From contig CAWGMQ010000004.1 in NCBI GenBank assembly GCA_963823665.1, positions 1,728,001 through 1,792,000 of the forward strand: DNA of 64,000 nt, given 5' to 3'. Below are positions 50,249-60,237 of this stretch, one piece after another; position 1 is the stretch's first letter; each line of letters begins with the position of its first letter. Below the pieces are notes generated by a model. It had not been told where the DNA came from. It was given only the letters and a program-made list of their open reading frames with translations, and did no database searches. A program made the position numbers and the translations under genes. This stretch comes from an uncultured Planctomycetota bacterium (GTDB lineage: Bacteria > Planctomycetota > Planctomycetia > Isosphaerales > Isosphaeraceae).

Positions 50249-53200
50249 TCAGCGGCCGGTTGGGCGGTTCGCCTCGGCCATTCGAGTGTATTCGGATAGC
50301 CGGCGTATGCTATCGAAAGCGGGGTCGGTCTCAACAATCTCGTGCCAGAAGGTATTCCGCGTCTCACGGGGCGTCTGTTCAATAACCCGGCGCAGAAACT
50401 CTAAGGCGCGAACCTGATAGGCGCGGATGGCATCCATATCGGGCTTGCCACGAGGCCGCGGCTCCTGGACGAGCCCTCCAGCGGCCTGCGCCATCGTGCG
50501 GGATGCAGTATACACAAGATGCGCCTCGACGTCGCCATGGCGGAGCGATTCTTCCGCGTCGCGCGCGGCTTCCCGGTACTGACCCAAGGCCGCCAGGCTC
50601 GACCCGCGCCCGGCGTACGCTTCACCACTGCCCGGCTCCAGACGAACGGCTTCGTCAAAATCGCGCCGGGCAAGCTCATTCGCCCCCGTCACCAGGTAAG
50701 TCCAGCCTCGGCGCAAGTGCAGCACGCTGTCGTCGGGCCGTCCGTCCAGCGCCACCGTGAAATCGTCGATCGCGCCCCTGAAATCGCGTCGCTTCGATTT
50801 GGCCAACCCACGTAAACCCAGAAGTTCGGGTGATTTGTGGCCGGCGCTCACATACGCCTCGCACGTGGCGAGAGCCTCGTCATATCGTTTCAGTTCCAGT
50901 AGCGCCACGATCTTCGTGCGCTGCACCTCGGAATTCTTGGGGTTGATTCGTAGCGAGGCGTCGCTTTCGCACAGTGCCTCCTCGAGCCGCTTGTCGTCCA
51001 GCAGCAGCCGGGCAACCAGGGCACGCAGGTCGCCGGTCACCGCGTTCTCCTGCCCCTCCCGCTTGATCGCTTCCCGCAAGTCCCCTAGCGCCGCAGCGCG
51101 CACTTGGGGCGTGACTTCGCGCCGCTCCAGGTTCCACCGCGCGCGCATTCGGTAAAGCGCCGCTTGATCGGGGCTAAGAGCGATCGCTTGCCCCAGCCGC
51201 TCGATTGCCAGGTCGAGATTCTGGTCTCGCCGGTGAACCTGCGCCAGAGTGACGTATGCGTTCACCTGCCGAGGCGCCAGCGCGATGGCTTCCGTCAAAT
51301 CGGCGATCGCGTCGGCTGAATTCCTGCGCTCGAAGTGAAGCAGCCCGCGGTTGACCAGCACCGCGTACCGGTATCTGCCGCCCGGATCGCACAGGGCGGC
51401 CTGGCGATAATCAGCAAGCGCGGCCTTGAAATGGGCCTCCGCCTCGACTGGATCCGTCGCCCCTGCACCCGACTGGCCGTACGCAAATCCTCGCAGCACG
51501 TAGAGCCAGGGAAGATCGGGGTGGTCCTCCAGGCACGCGGTCAAATACATCCTCGCTTCGCCCGCATTCGGCGGCCTCGAATTCAAGCCGCAGATCGCCA
51601 TCAGGCACTTCCCCCAGAAATGGTTCGGCTTGGCCCGCAGGGCCGCCTCGAAGTGCAGCTTGGCTTCTAGAAGCAACCCTTGCTTGTACCGCTCCAGTCC
51701 GCTCAAGAAATGGTCGAGCGCACCGTCGGGCTCGATGCCTGATGCCGTCGATTTCGCGCGCTTTGCCCCCTCCAGGTCGCCACAGCGCTCCAGGCACGCA
51801 GCCCGCCGGAGCCAGATCGCGTGCGTCGGCTGGGGGAAGAGCATGGCCGCGCGATCAAGTATCCGGATCGCCCGCCGGGCCTGCCGGTCGGCGACCTCGC
51901 CGGGCAAGGGCAGAGCGACTGCCTCGGCCAGCACGATCAGCATCTCGTAGCAGCCCAGGACAATGTCCTTGCGCTCCAGCTCGAAAAGGCCCTCCAGCGG
52001 TGCAATCGCCCATTCGTCGACATCACGCCCGGGAGCGGCGTAAATCTCGAGCGCCTCCATGCTCGCCTTGCGGATCGCCACCCGGTTTTCAACCGCGTTG
52101 AGCGACGTGAGCTCGGTATTCTGGAACAACGCGTCCTCATGCCGCCGGAAAAACTCGCGGTACTGCGCCAGCGCAGACACCCGTGCGCGGAATTCTGCCA
52201 GCAAGCCGCCCACCTCGGCGTGCACGTCGGCCAACCTGGGCTCCAGGCTGATCTTCCCGTCCAGGCGTGACAGGCTTTCCATGGCCGTGGCGCCCTCGAT
52301 CTTGTGCGCACGCACGAGGCCCAGTACCCGCTCGCTCTCCTGTCGAAGTCCGGCAACCCGTTGTTCCTCCTCGAGTGTTTTGCCCCGCGAGATCACGTGA
52401 AGACGGATCCCGGCGACCACCAAGATTGACGCGATCAGGCAGGCAACCGCGAGCAAGCTCGCAGCCGTTGGACGCCGCCGCACCAGCTTGAGCACCCGCT
52501 CCCAGTACGGCGTCCGCCGCGCCCGCACCGGCTGCCCCGCCCGGAACCGATCCAGGTCGTCCGCCAGCGCCGCCGCAGTCGCATACCGCCTGTGCGGCGC
52601 CTTCGCCAGGCACTTCAAACAGATCGTTTCGAGATCGCGCGACAGGTGCGACTCTAGTCGCGACGGAGCCTCTGGATCCTCGTGCAGCACCTTGTGCAAC
52701 GTCTCCATCGCCGTTACGCCTTTGAACGGCGGCCGCCCCGTCAACATCTCATACAGAATCGCCCCCAGCGCATAAACATCCGTCTCCGGACTCGCCTCCT
52801 TGGCCCTTCCCTCGGCCTGCTCCGGAGGGATGTAGCTCGGCGATCCTAGCACCTGCCCGGTCGCCGTCTGGCCATCCTCCTCCAACCGCTTCGCCAGCCC
52901 GAAATCCGTGATCTTCGGAGTCCCGTCATCCGAGAACAACACATTCGATGGCTTGAGGTCCCGATGAATCACCCCGGCCTGATGCGCGACATCAATCGCC
53001 CGCGCAAGCGTCGCCAGCAACTCCGCCGACTGCGCCTCCGGATGCGGCTCGCCCGCAAGCACCCCCTCGAGGCTCCCCCCCTCCAGAAGCTCAAACGTGA
53101 CAAACGGAAGCCCCCCAGTCTCCCCGATATCAAAAATCTGGATGATGTTGACATGCCGCAGGTTTGCGACCGTCTCGGCTTCATTGCGAAATCTTGCTAA

Positions 53201-53635
53201 ATCCTCGGGCTTGGCTAAACTTCCAGCCCGAAGCATTTTGACGGCGACCATGCGGCTCAGGCGGTGCTGGCGCGCCTTGTAAACGACGCCCATTCCGCCG
53301 TGTCCCAGCTTGGCGAGGAACTCGTACCCTTCAATGGCGGGAAATCCTGCCTCGCCTCCCCTCGCGCGAGCATGGGCTTCCCGCGCCGATCTCAGTGTCT
53401 GGTCGAGGCCCGGGAAGGCATTGTCGCATAGGCTGGACTCCATCCACGGCGTCAACCCATCCTCTCCGAAGTACCCCCATTCCATGAAGTGGCACGATTC
53501 GCTGGTCAATTGCTTGAGCCGCTCCTGACACGCGATGCAGGTTTCCACGTGCTCGATCATCGAAGCAGCTTGATCGTGATCCAACTGCTCGTCGAGAAGC
53601 TGGGTGAGCAATTCATCGCGGGTGCAGCAATCCAT
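50249..53635 (-). CDS. Ser/Thr protein kinase with an N-terminal zinc anti-sigma-like motif, TM and TPRs
   Basis: HVETCIAC; GHGGMGVVY, VAVK, HRDLKPSN, DFG; TPR array. Confidence 0.93.
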   Translation of the reverse strand: MDCCTRDELLTQLLDEQLDHDQAASMIEHVETCIACQERLKQLTSESCHFMEWGYFGEDGLTPWMESSLCDNAFPGLDQTLRSAREAHARARGGEAGFPAIEGYEFLAKLGHGGMGVVYKARQHRLSRMVAVKMLRAGSLAKPEDLARFRNEAETVANLRHVNIIQIFDIGETGGLPFVTFELLEGGSLEGVLAGEPHPEAQSAELLATLARAIDVAHQAGVIHRDLKPSNVLFSDDGTPKITDFGLAKRLEEDGQTATGQVLGSPSYIPPEQAEGRAKEASPETDVYALGAILYEMLTGRPPFKGVTAMETLHKVLHEDPEAPSRLESHLSRDLETICLKCLAKAPHRRYATAAALADDLDRFRAGQPVRARRTPYWERVLKLVRRRPTAASLLAVACLIASILVVAGIRLHVISRGKTLEEEQRVAGLRQESERVLGLVRAHKIEGATAMESLSRLDGKISLEPRLADVHAEVGGLLAEFRARVSALAQYREFFRRHEDALFQNTELTSLNAVENRVAIRKASMEALEIYAAPGRDVDEWAIAPLEGLFELERKDIVLGCYEMLIVLAEAVALPLPGEVADRQARRAIRILDRAAMLFPQPTHAIWLRRAACLERCGDLEGAKRAKSTASGIEPDGALDHFLSGLERYKQGLLLEAKLHFEAALRAKPNHFWGKCLMAICGLNSRPPNAGEARMYLTACLEDHPDLPWLYVLRGFAYGQSGAGATDPVEAEAHFKAALADYRQAALCDPGGRYRYAVLVNRGLLHFERRNSADAIADLTEAIALAPRQVNAYVTLAQVHRRDQNLDLAIERLGQAIALSPDQAALYRMRARWNLERREVTPQVRAAALGDLREAIKREGQENAVTGDLRALVARLLLDDKRLEEALCESDASLRINPKNSEVQRTKIVALLELKRYDEALATCEAYVSAGHKSPELLGLRGLAKSKRRDFRGAIDDFTVALDGRPDDSVLHLRRGWTYLVTGANELARRDFDEAVRLEPGSGEAYAGRGSSLAALGQYREAARDAEESLRHGDVEAHLVYTASRTMAQAAGGLVQEPRPRGKPDMDAIRAYQVRALEFLRRVIEQTPRETRNTFWHEIVETDPAFDSIRRLSEYTRMAEANRPTGR

Positions 53636-53642
53636 CGTCTTG

Positions 53643-53861
53643 CTACATCACGTCGCACGCGAGCCTGATCATGGTCAGCTCGCCTGCCTGGCTGTAGTAG
53701 AACCGCCGGCTCACGACCTTCACGTAAGCGTACACACCCGAATCTTTTTCGTCGGGGACATAGACCAGGTCGCCCACCGAGGGAACCGTGCACTGCTCGC
53801 GCACGGTAATGTTGGCGACCACGCGATCCGCTTTTTCGTTCCAGAACTCGAGTTGCGTCAT
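53643..53861 (-). CDS. Small hypothetical protein
   Basis: 72-aa ORF directly upstream of the kinase, protein-like composition. Confidence 0.5.
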   Translation of the reverse strand: MTQLEFWNEKADRVVANITVREQCTVPSVGDLVYVPDEKDSGVYAYVKVVSRRFYYSQAGELTMIRLACDVM

Positions 53862-54106
53862 TTTTGCACCGTGCGGCGAGTCTCGGAGACAGCGAAGCCA
53901 ACGTTTGATGCCAACGATATCTTAAACGTTCGGCGCGCCGGTGTGTGACCAAATTTTGGCCATTCTCCAGGCGTCTGAACATCCGTTCGGACCTCCCGCT
54001 GGCAGGGCGACGGAGACACCCTGCGCAACGGCAAGGCCTGCCTGGCTTTCGGAGTGAGTGTCAGCCTCTTTACCCATTGCACCTCCGCCCTCCGTCCTTC
54101 CCGGCC

Positions 54107-56212
54107 TCACCCCTCCACGACAGCCACGAAATCTCGTTTCAAAACATGCCGTGCCCCGTCCGTATCCGCCAGGCGCTCCGCCAGCATCTGGGTCCCCAAT
54201 TCAACCGGCAAGCACGCCGAGAATTTCAGGCCGTCAAGCGCGGTCTCGTCGATCGACGGCCGAAGCGCCTCCACCGCAATGCTCCTCAGCTCCCGGATCG
54301 CTTGTTCGGCATCTTCCAGGCTCAACGATCCATCAAATCTCAGCGCATAATTGTTCGGTCGAATCGGGCACCGAGCAGACTCCGCAAGTTTCGGAACGAG
54401 CGTCAAGTTCGCTCGAAACCCACCGAACGTCCACCACGTCAGAGTGTCATCCGGGCTCTGAACGAGCGCCGTCCGTTCAAGGTCGATCCAGGGAAAGCCA
54501 CCCCGCAGTTGCTCCATCTGCATTCCCGCCCGGCCCGACCAGGCCTGCATCGCATCGCCCGATGCCAGCACCGCCTTGATGGATTGCATCATCCTGTAGG
54601 ACAGCGGCTGAACGTCTCCCTTCCATCGCGACCGCCCTTGGTCCTCCGTGGCCTCCACAAACGCGACCCGGCGCTGCCAATCCACGTGGGTCACCCGCCA
54701 CGCTCGCCCTCCCAGCAACAGCACCCTGGGTCCCTTCGTGGTTCCCATGAACGTCATCTGGTCCACGTACCCCAATTCCTGGCGGCCATGGAGAACCGAA
54801 ATGACCGGCGGTGAGAGAAACACCGACATGATCTCGAGAAAGTGCTTCCGGCCGTACTTCGCCTCGCCCTTCTTCCCGAACCACAGGATGCCCGAATCAT
54901 CGAAAAGGATGTCTTCCCCCAGCATCCACTCGACGAGCGCCGATCGCTCGGCATCCGAGGTCTGCTGGAACCCTCGTACTCCCGAGATCCACCGAAACCA
55001 GTCGGTCCGGCCGATTCCCCTTTCCTGAAGAGCCAGCGCCATGATCTGCTGAGCCATGATGTGCATCGGCCGCGGTGGAGGCTCGATTGGCTCGACGTAG
55101 CCGGTTTCCCAGAGCGCCACAATCCCCGTCGCTTTCATCAGCGCCTCGTCATCCGTCGCGAGGAACAGGCAGTTTCGTTTGGCCCCCTCCCGGCGCCCCG
55201 TCCTTCCCATCCGCTGGAGAAAACTCGAAACCGTCGTCGGCGCATCGATCTGGATCACCCGGTCCAGATCGCCGACATCGATCCCCAGCTCGAGCACGCT
55301 CGTCGCCACGATCACGCAGTCATCGCGGTTGGCAAACGCATCCTCTGCCTGTCTCCGCGCGTCCACGCTCAACGAGCTATGCGTGACGAACGTGGTAGTG
55401 CCAAGCTGCCTCAGCTCGCTGCCCAACTGCTCAGCCTTGGCCCGGCTGTCAACAAAGACCAGCCGTTTCTCTCCTCGCCCGATGCGAGAGATCACCACGG
55501 CAGCATTAGCAATCGACGCGACGTAGTCGATCGTCACTTCGGCCGCTTGTCCTCCGCTTGCCGGAGGAAGTGCGACACCTTTGGCTCCCACACACGAGCC
55601 GGCCAGCCATTGCGCGAGCGCTTCGGGATTACCCACGGTCGCAGAAAGCCCGATCCTCTGAATCTCACGATCTGCCAGATGTGTCACGCGCTCGAGCACC
55701 GACAGCAGATGCCACCCTCGGTCGTCGCCGGCAAACGCATGAATTTCATCGACGATCACCGCGCGAACGTTCCCCAGCAGATTTCGCGAATCGACGTTCG
55801 GCGAGACCAGCATGACTTCGAGCGACTCGGGCGTGGTCAGCACGCAGTCGGGCGGTTCGCGCTGAATCCGCCTCCTCGCCCCGGCCCCGACGTCGCCGTG
55901 CCAGAGGGCCGCTCGCCTGCCGACAAGGCCGCAATACCGAGCAAGTCGAAACTCCAGGTTGTTGAGCAGCGCCTTGATCGGGCAGAGATAAAGAACGCTC
56001 AGCCCCTGCCAATCTTCCGAAAGCATCCGCGACAAAACCGGAAAAAACGCGGCTTCGGTCTTGCCCCCAGCCGTGGGCGCCAGGACGACGAGATGTTCTC
56101 CCGCCAGGATCCGCGGAATGACCGCATCTTGAAACGGCCGAAGCGAGCGCCAGCCCAGGCTATTGACAATATGGTGCTGAAGGGCAGGGTGTAGCGAATC
56201 GAAATGGCTCAC
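54107..56212 (-). CDS. Lhr-like DEAD/DEAH helicase of BREX-2 (BrxHI)
   Basis: APTAGGKTEA, DEIH, SAT, LELGIDVG, QRMGRTGR; follows brxD. Confidence 0.9.
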   Translation of the reverse strand: MSHFDSLHPALQHHIVNSLGWRSLRPFQDAVIPRILAGEHLVVLAPTAGGKTEAAFFPVLSRMLSEDWQGLSVLYLCPIKALLNNLEFRLARYCGLVGRRAALWHGDVGAGARRRIQREPPDCVLTTPESLEVMLVSPNVDSRNLLGNVRAVIVDEIHAFAGDDRGWHLLSVLERVTHLADREIQRIGLSATVGNPEALAQWLAGSCVGAKGVALPPASGGQAAEVTIDYVASIANAAVVISRIGRGEKRLVFVDSRAKAEQLGSELRQLGTTTFVTHSSLSVDARRQAEDAFANRDDCVIVATSVLELGIDVGDLDRVIQIDAPTTVSSFLQRMGRTGRREGAKRNCLFLATDDEALMKATGIVALWETGYVEPIEPPPRPMHIMAQQIMALALQERGIGRTDWFRWISGVRGFQQTSDAERSALVEWMLGEDILFDDSGILWFGKKGEAKYGRKHFLEIMSVFLSPPVISVLHGRQELGYVDQMTFMGTTKGPRVLLLGGRAWRVTHVDWQRRVAFVEATEDQGRSRWKGDVQPLSYRMMQSIKAVLASGDAMQAWSGRAGMQMEQLRGGFPWIDLERTALVQSPDDTLTWWTFGGFRANLTLVPKLAESARCPIRPNNYALRFDGSLSLEDAEQAIRELRSIAVEALRPSIDETALDGLKFSACLPVELGTQMLAERLADTDGARHVLKRDFVAVVEG

Positions 56213-57531
56213 AATTCCAGCTCGATTTCATCGACGTTCGAAGCCCCCGCCGCCTGCCGTTCGACCGGTAGAAGCTCCGCTTCGCTGATCGTCAGCGCGT
56301 AGTGCGCTCGCGGGTCGAAGTCTTCGAACTGGTCGATCCGGTCCAGGACGTCGGAGACCAGTTTCTTGAGGAAGATTCGGGGCGACACGCCAACTTTTCC
56401 GCCTAACTTGCCTGCCACCGCACTCGCTAGCTCGGAGACGTACTTGTCGCCGCACACATCCTTGACGCGCACCGGCGATCGGGCATGCTGACTGTAGATA
56501 TCACGAATCTTGGAGCCGACCAGACAGAGCCGCTCGAGCGTGAACGCTGGGAGTCGGATCTGCACGGCCCTCGGGTTGTCGAATCGGAAGTCGGTCTTGA
56601 AGTCAACGTGCAGCCGTTGCGCCAGCGGCTCCAGCCGCTGAACGCCCTGCGGCCCTTCAAAAAATGCAGTTGTCCCGGTAATCATCAGGTACAAGCCGGG
56701 AAATCGACCGGAGTCAATCTCGTCGATGAGCTGCCGCAGCGCGTTGAGGCTCTTGTCGCGCACGTCGCTCCGCACCCGTTGAATCGTCTCGACCTCGTCC
56801 AGGACGATCAGCATCCCGACGTGGCCCGAATCGCGAAGAATCGCCAGAATTCCTTGCAGGAAATTGAGCGCACCGAAATGATCGATGTCCCCTTTCAATC
56901 CGGCGAATCGCTTGGCTTCCGCCGCCACGTTGGGCCCGCCCGAGAGCCAGGCGAGCAGCCCCTCGGCGATGTCTTGCCGGCCGTCGATCTGAGCCTGCCG
57001 ATACCCGCGCAAGGCCGCGCTGAAAGTCGGCGCGGTGCGGGCCACGGCCGCCAGCCTACGCTCGAGCAATTCGTTGCTGCTCTTGAGTAATACCTGCGCA
57101 TCGTTCGGGTCAACCGAGCCGCCGGCGAGCACATCTTCTTCGAGCGTGAAGATCCAGCTATCGACGATGTTCCGCAGTGCCCCCTGCGGTGTATCTTTCG
57201 TCGCGAGCCGTTCATTCAACCGGCGGTAGACGGTCTCCAGACGGTGCAGGGGGGTCTCGGCCTCGGAAATCTGCACCTCGGAGGACGCAAATCCCATTCT
57301 CCGGGCGCGATCGGCCAGCCAGCGAGCGAAGAACGTCTTGCCGCAGCCGTATTCACCTCGAACCGCCTTGAATACGCTGCCGCCGGATGCGACCTTCTTC
57401 AGCTCGTCGTCGAGCGCAGCTTCAAAACGGTCGAGGCCCACCGCAAAGGCGTCGAGGCTGCTCTGCGGGACCGTGCCCCGCCGCAGGGCGTCGACAATCT
57501 GTTCTCGCCTTTCCGGGCTGATCGTGGGCAC
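56209..57531 (-). CDS. brxD: BREX ATP-binding protein BrxD
   Basis: ALRRGTVP, RGEYGCGKT, LDEVE, QISEAETPLH. Confidence 0.9.
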   Translation of the reverse strand: MPTISPERREQIVDALRRGTVPQSSLDAFAVGLDRFEAALDDELKKVASGGSVFKAVRGEYGCGKTFFARWLADRARRMGFASSEVQISEAETPLHRLETVYRRLNERLATKDTPQGALRNIVDSWIFTLEEDVLAGGSVDPNDAQVLLKSSNELLERRLAAVARTAPTFSAALRGYRQAQIDGRQDIAEGLLAWLSGGPNVAAEAKRFAGLKGDIDHFGALNFLQGILAILRDSGHVGMLIVLDEVETIQRVRSDVRDKSLNALRQLIDEIDSGRFPGLYLMITGTTAFFEGPQGVQRLEPLAQRLHVDFKTDFRFDNPRAVQIRLPAFTLERLCLVGSKIRDIYSQHARSPVRVKDVCGDKYVSELASAVAGKLGGKVGVSPRIFLKKLVSDVLDRIDQFEDFDPRAHYALTISEAELLPVERQAAGASNVDEIELEL

Positions 57532-57537
57532 TACTTG

Positions 57538-60237
57538 TCACCTCAGCTCAAACTGCCGCTTCAGAAGCTCTCGGTTCAGCTCGACGGTGTCGGAGGCATC
57601 GTCTCTCGTCAGGACCGCGAACCCGTCAATGTTCAGAACGCGCTGCATCACGGCCAGGAGCCCGCGCAGCCGCATGGGTGGATAATTGACCGACCGTGCC
57701 AGCGCCGACGACGTCAATTTTCCGCCGCGCCCGTCCAGGACCGTGAGCACGTCTCGCAAGACCCCTTCGGGCGGCAGGAATCGGCCCGAGAGACTCTTCT
57801 GCTCCTGGAAGATCGGAGACTCGAAGAGCTTCGCCACCAGCTCGGACCCGGCCGCCCCACCGCCGGTCGGTCCTCGAGCGCCGCGAATCTGCTCGGGTCC
57901 GTCGAAAAGCGGCATCGATTCCTTCGGCTTGGCCGGCTTCGGCCGGGGTCTGCTGCTGACCGGCCTTGCCACGACGTTCCCATCTTCGTCCCACCAGGAC
58001 GGCATGTCCACCGCGACTTCGGCCCAGCCGTCGGGAATGGGCTCAGCCGGGGAAAACACGGCGATCGGCACCACCATTTCCTGGGGAGAGACGCCCCCGT
58101 GATAGCCGTTTTTCTTGATCCCATACCGGATGTTCTCGGACCAGGGCGCGAGCAAGCATTTCGACTCGGGTATGACCACCCGAAGCCCGCTCACACGCAG
58201 CTCGCCCTGGCCGGGGGATGCATCCGTGGCAACCCGCCAGCGCTCTCCTCCCTCACCCGCGGTGAATACCGAGCCCGAGTCGAGCACGTGGCCGTGGTCG
58301 CTTGTGATCACGACCAGACGTTTCCAGTACTTGGCTTCATGAAGAAGCGCCGGAAGCACCGGGATCGTGCCGCGAGACCAGGCGGTGTCGAGCTGTTCCC
58401 CCTTCAGCAAGTTATCGTCAACGGCATTGATGACCACGCCCACGATCCGCCGATCCGGGGATGCGATCGCCTCGCGGACGTCCCCGGCGAGAACCGAACC
58501 CGCCTCATCGCGCAGCGCCGACTTGTGAAAAAGAACCGGCGGAGGCCCGCCCTTGCAGCAGGCCAGAAGCGCGGGGTGCGTCTCGAAGCCAGCCTGCTCA
58601 TCGGCCGACGATCCTTGCCGCAGCCGCCCGCAGAAAAGGCTGGTGCGCGAAACCTCGGTCACGGAAGGTATCGTCGCGAGCCCCGCCGAAACCAGCGTCT
58701 CTTTTCCAGCTCGATTGAGCGGAATCCAATCCTGGCCCAGCAGGTCTGGTAGGAGCTCGCGGCCGACGGCCACGCTCAGGGCATCGATGATGATCAGCAA
58801 GACCGGGCCGTGCGCGGCAAGGGGCGCGACGACCTCATCCAGGAGCCGCTCGACCGGAAGCAGCCCCTGGTGCGGCGAATTCAAGCCCGTCGACGTGCGG
58901 AGCAGCTCCGCGAATTTCTGCGACCGAGCTTCTTGCACTTCGGTGACCCGCGCGAAGAGCTTTGCATAGGCCTCGGAGAGCTCGCGGACCGGGTCGCCCG
59001 TGCGGAGCGTGAGCCTCGCCCGATCGACAAACCCCCCGTCAGCCAGATAACCATCCGATGCCTCGACCAGCGAGCGCGGCTCACCACGACCGTTTGTGTC
59101 TGCTTGAGACAGCCACCGCACCAGCCGGACGGCCATGTCGACACGTTCGAGTCGCCTGCGCTCTCCCTTCGCCAGCTCATGATCGGCGATCTCCGCCCGG
59201 GCTTCCATCAAGTCCGTAACCGCGGCGCCCCCCTTGGCATCGAGAGCGCGTGTCAGAGTTGTTCCGAACCGCTCCAGCCGCTGCGCGAAACCCAGCGGCG
59301 AGGTCGAGCTTAGATACGCGAACGCACCGGCATCAAGCGAGAGTAAGATCTCGTCGGCCCGATGGACCAGAGCACCCTTCGATCTGGCGTCGCTGAGCTG
59401 CAGGCGAACGACCTCCGTCGCAACCGCATTCCAGCGCTCGATCGTGGCCTGATCAGGAGTCGATCGACCGAGGTATCGCTCTTCCATCCTGCCCGCGGCC
59501 TTCTCCAGCTTCCCCTTCGCCTTTGCGCTATGGATCACTCCGGCCGCGAGCCCGATCGGTACGGCATCGGGCTTTTGATTGGCCGCGATGCACTGGAAAA
59601 CCGCGGTGGCCGTTTGGCCGGCGGTCTCGGCGAGCCACGCGATTGCCGCGTCGCGGAACTCTTGCGAGGCGCCCTGGTAGCGGGCGACCGCGGAGGCGTC
59701 GATCGACCACCGGAGGATCGCCGCCAGATCGGGCCGCTCGCCGCCGAGTTCGATCACTCGCTCGAGCAGGATCGGCCAGACGGTCTCCGCGTCCAGAAAG
59801 CCGCCCGCGACGGCCGGATAACCCCCTTCGGGATTCAGCTCCATCAAGGAGTCAGCAATCCACGGATGCCGCGTGAGCCGAGGGTCAACCGCGTGGGCCT
59901 GAAACAGCGACTTGACGATCTGCCACGAGTCGACCGGGAACAACCGCCGCTTGGTGAGCCTGACGAGAATGTCGTCGCTGAGCTGACTATCCTCCAGGCT
60001 CGTGATCAAGACTTTAGTTGCCGTCAGCGAGTCCTCGGCCTTGAGAGCAATTCGCAGCGCCAGCGGCGAATCGCATTGCTCGATTACATAGACATCATCA
60101 CCATGCTGCTTGATACGTGCACCCGTCCACCGCCCCGGCGCACGGATGCCAATCACTCGCGCCTCCGGAACTTTCTTCCGGATGGCCGCCACCTGGGCCC
60201 GGATCTGACTGAATGTGGGGGCGGTTGCTACGCTCAC
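57538..60237 (-). CDS. pglZ: BREX-2 phosphatase-domain protein PglZ
   Basis: IIDALS, PSVTEVSR, NAVDD, TSDHGH, GYHGG. Confidence 0.92.
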   Translation of the reverse strand: MSVATAPTFSQIRAQVAAIRKKVPEARVIGIRAPGRWTGARIKQHGDDVYVIEQCDSPLALRIALKAEDSLTATKVLITSLEDSQLSDDILVRLTKRRLFPVDSWQIVKSLFQAHAVDPRLTRHPWIADSLMELNPEGGYPAVAGGFLDAETVWPILLERVIELGGERPDLAAILRWSIDASAVARYQGASQEFRDAAIAWLAETAGQTATAVFQCIAANQKPDAVPIGLAAGVIHSAKAKGKLEKAAGRMEERYLGRSTPDQATIERWNAVATEVVRLQLSDARSKGALVHRADEILLSLDAGAFAYLSSTSPLGFAQRLERFGTTLTRALDAKGGAAVTDLMEARAEIADHELAKGERRRLERVDMAVRLVRWLSQADTNGRGEPRSLVEASDGYLADGGFVDRARLTLRTGDPVRELSEAYAKLFARVTEVQEARSQKFAELLRTSTGLNSPHQGLLPVERLLDEVVAPLAAHGPVLLIIIDALSVAVGRELLPDLLGQDWIPLNRAGKETLVSAGLATIPSVTEVSRTSLFCGRLRQGSSADEQAGFETHPALLACCKGGPPPVLFHKSALRDEAGSVLAGDVREAIASPDRRIVGVVINAVDDNLLKGEQLDTAWSRGTIPVLPALLHEAKYWKRLVVITSDHGHVLDSGSVFTAGEGGERWRVATDASPGQGELRVSGLRVVIPESKCLLAPWSENIRYGIKKNGYHGGVSPQEMVVPIAVFSPAEPIPDGWAEVAVDMPSWWDEDGNVVARPVSSRPRPKPAKPKESMPLFDGPEQIRGARGPTGGGAAGSELVAKLFESPIFQEQKSLSGRFLPPEGVLRDVLTVLDGRGGKLTSSALARSVNYPPMRLRGLLAVMQRVLNIDGFAVLTRDDASDTVELNRELLKRQFELR

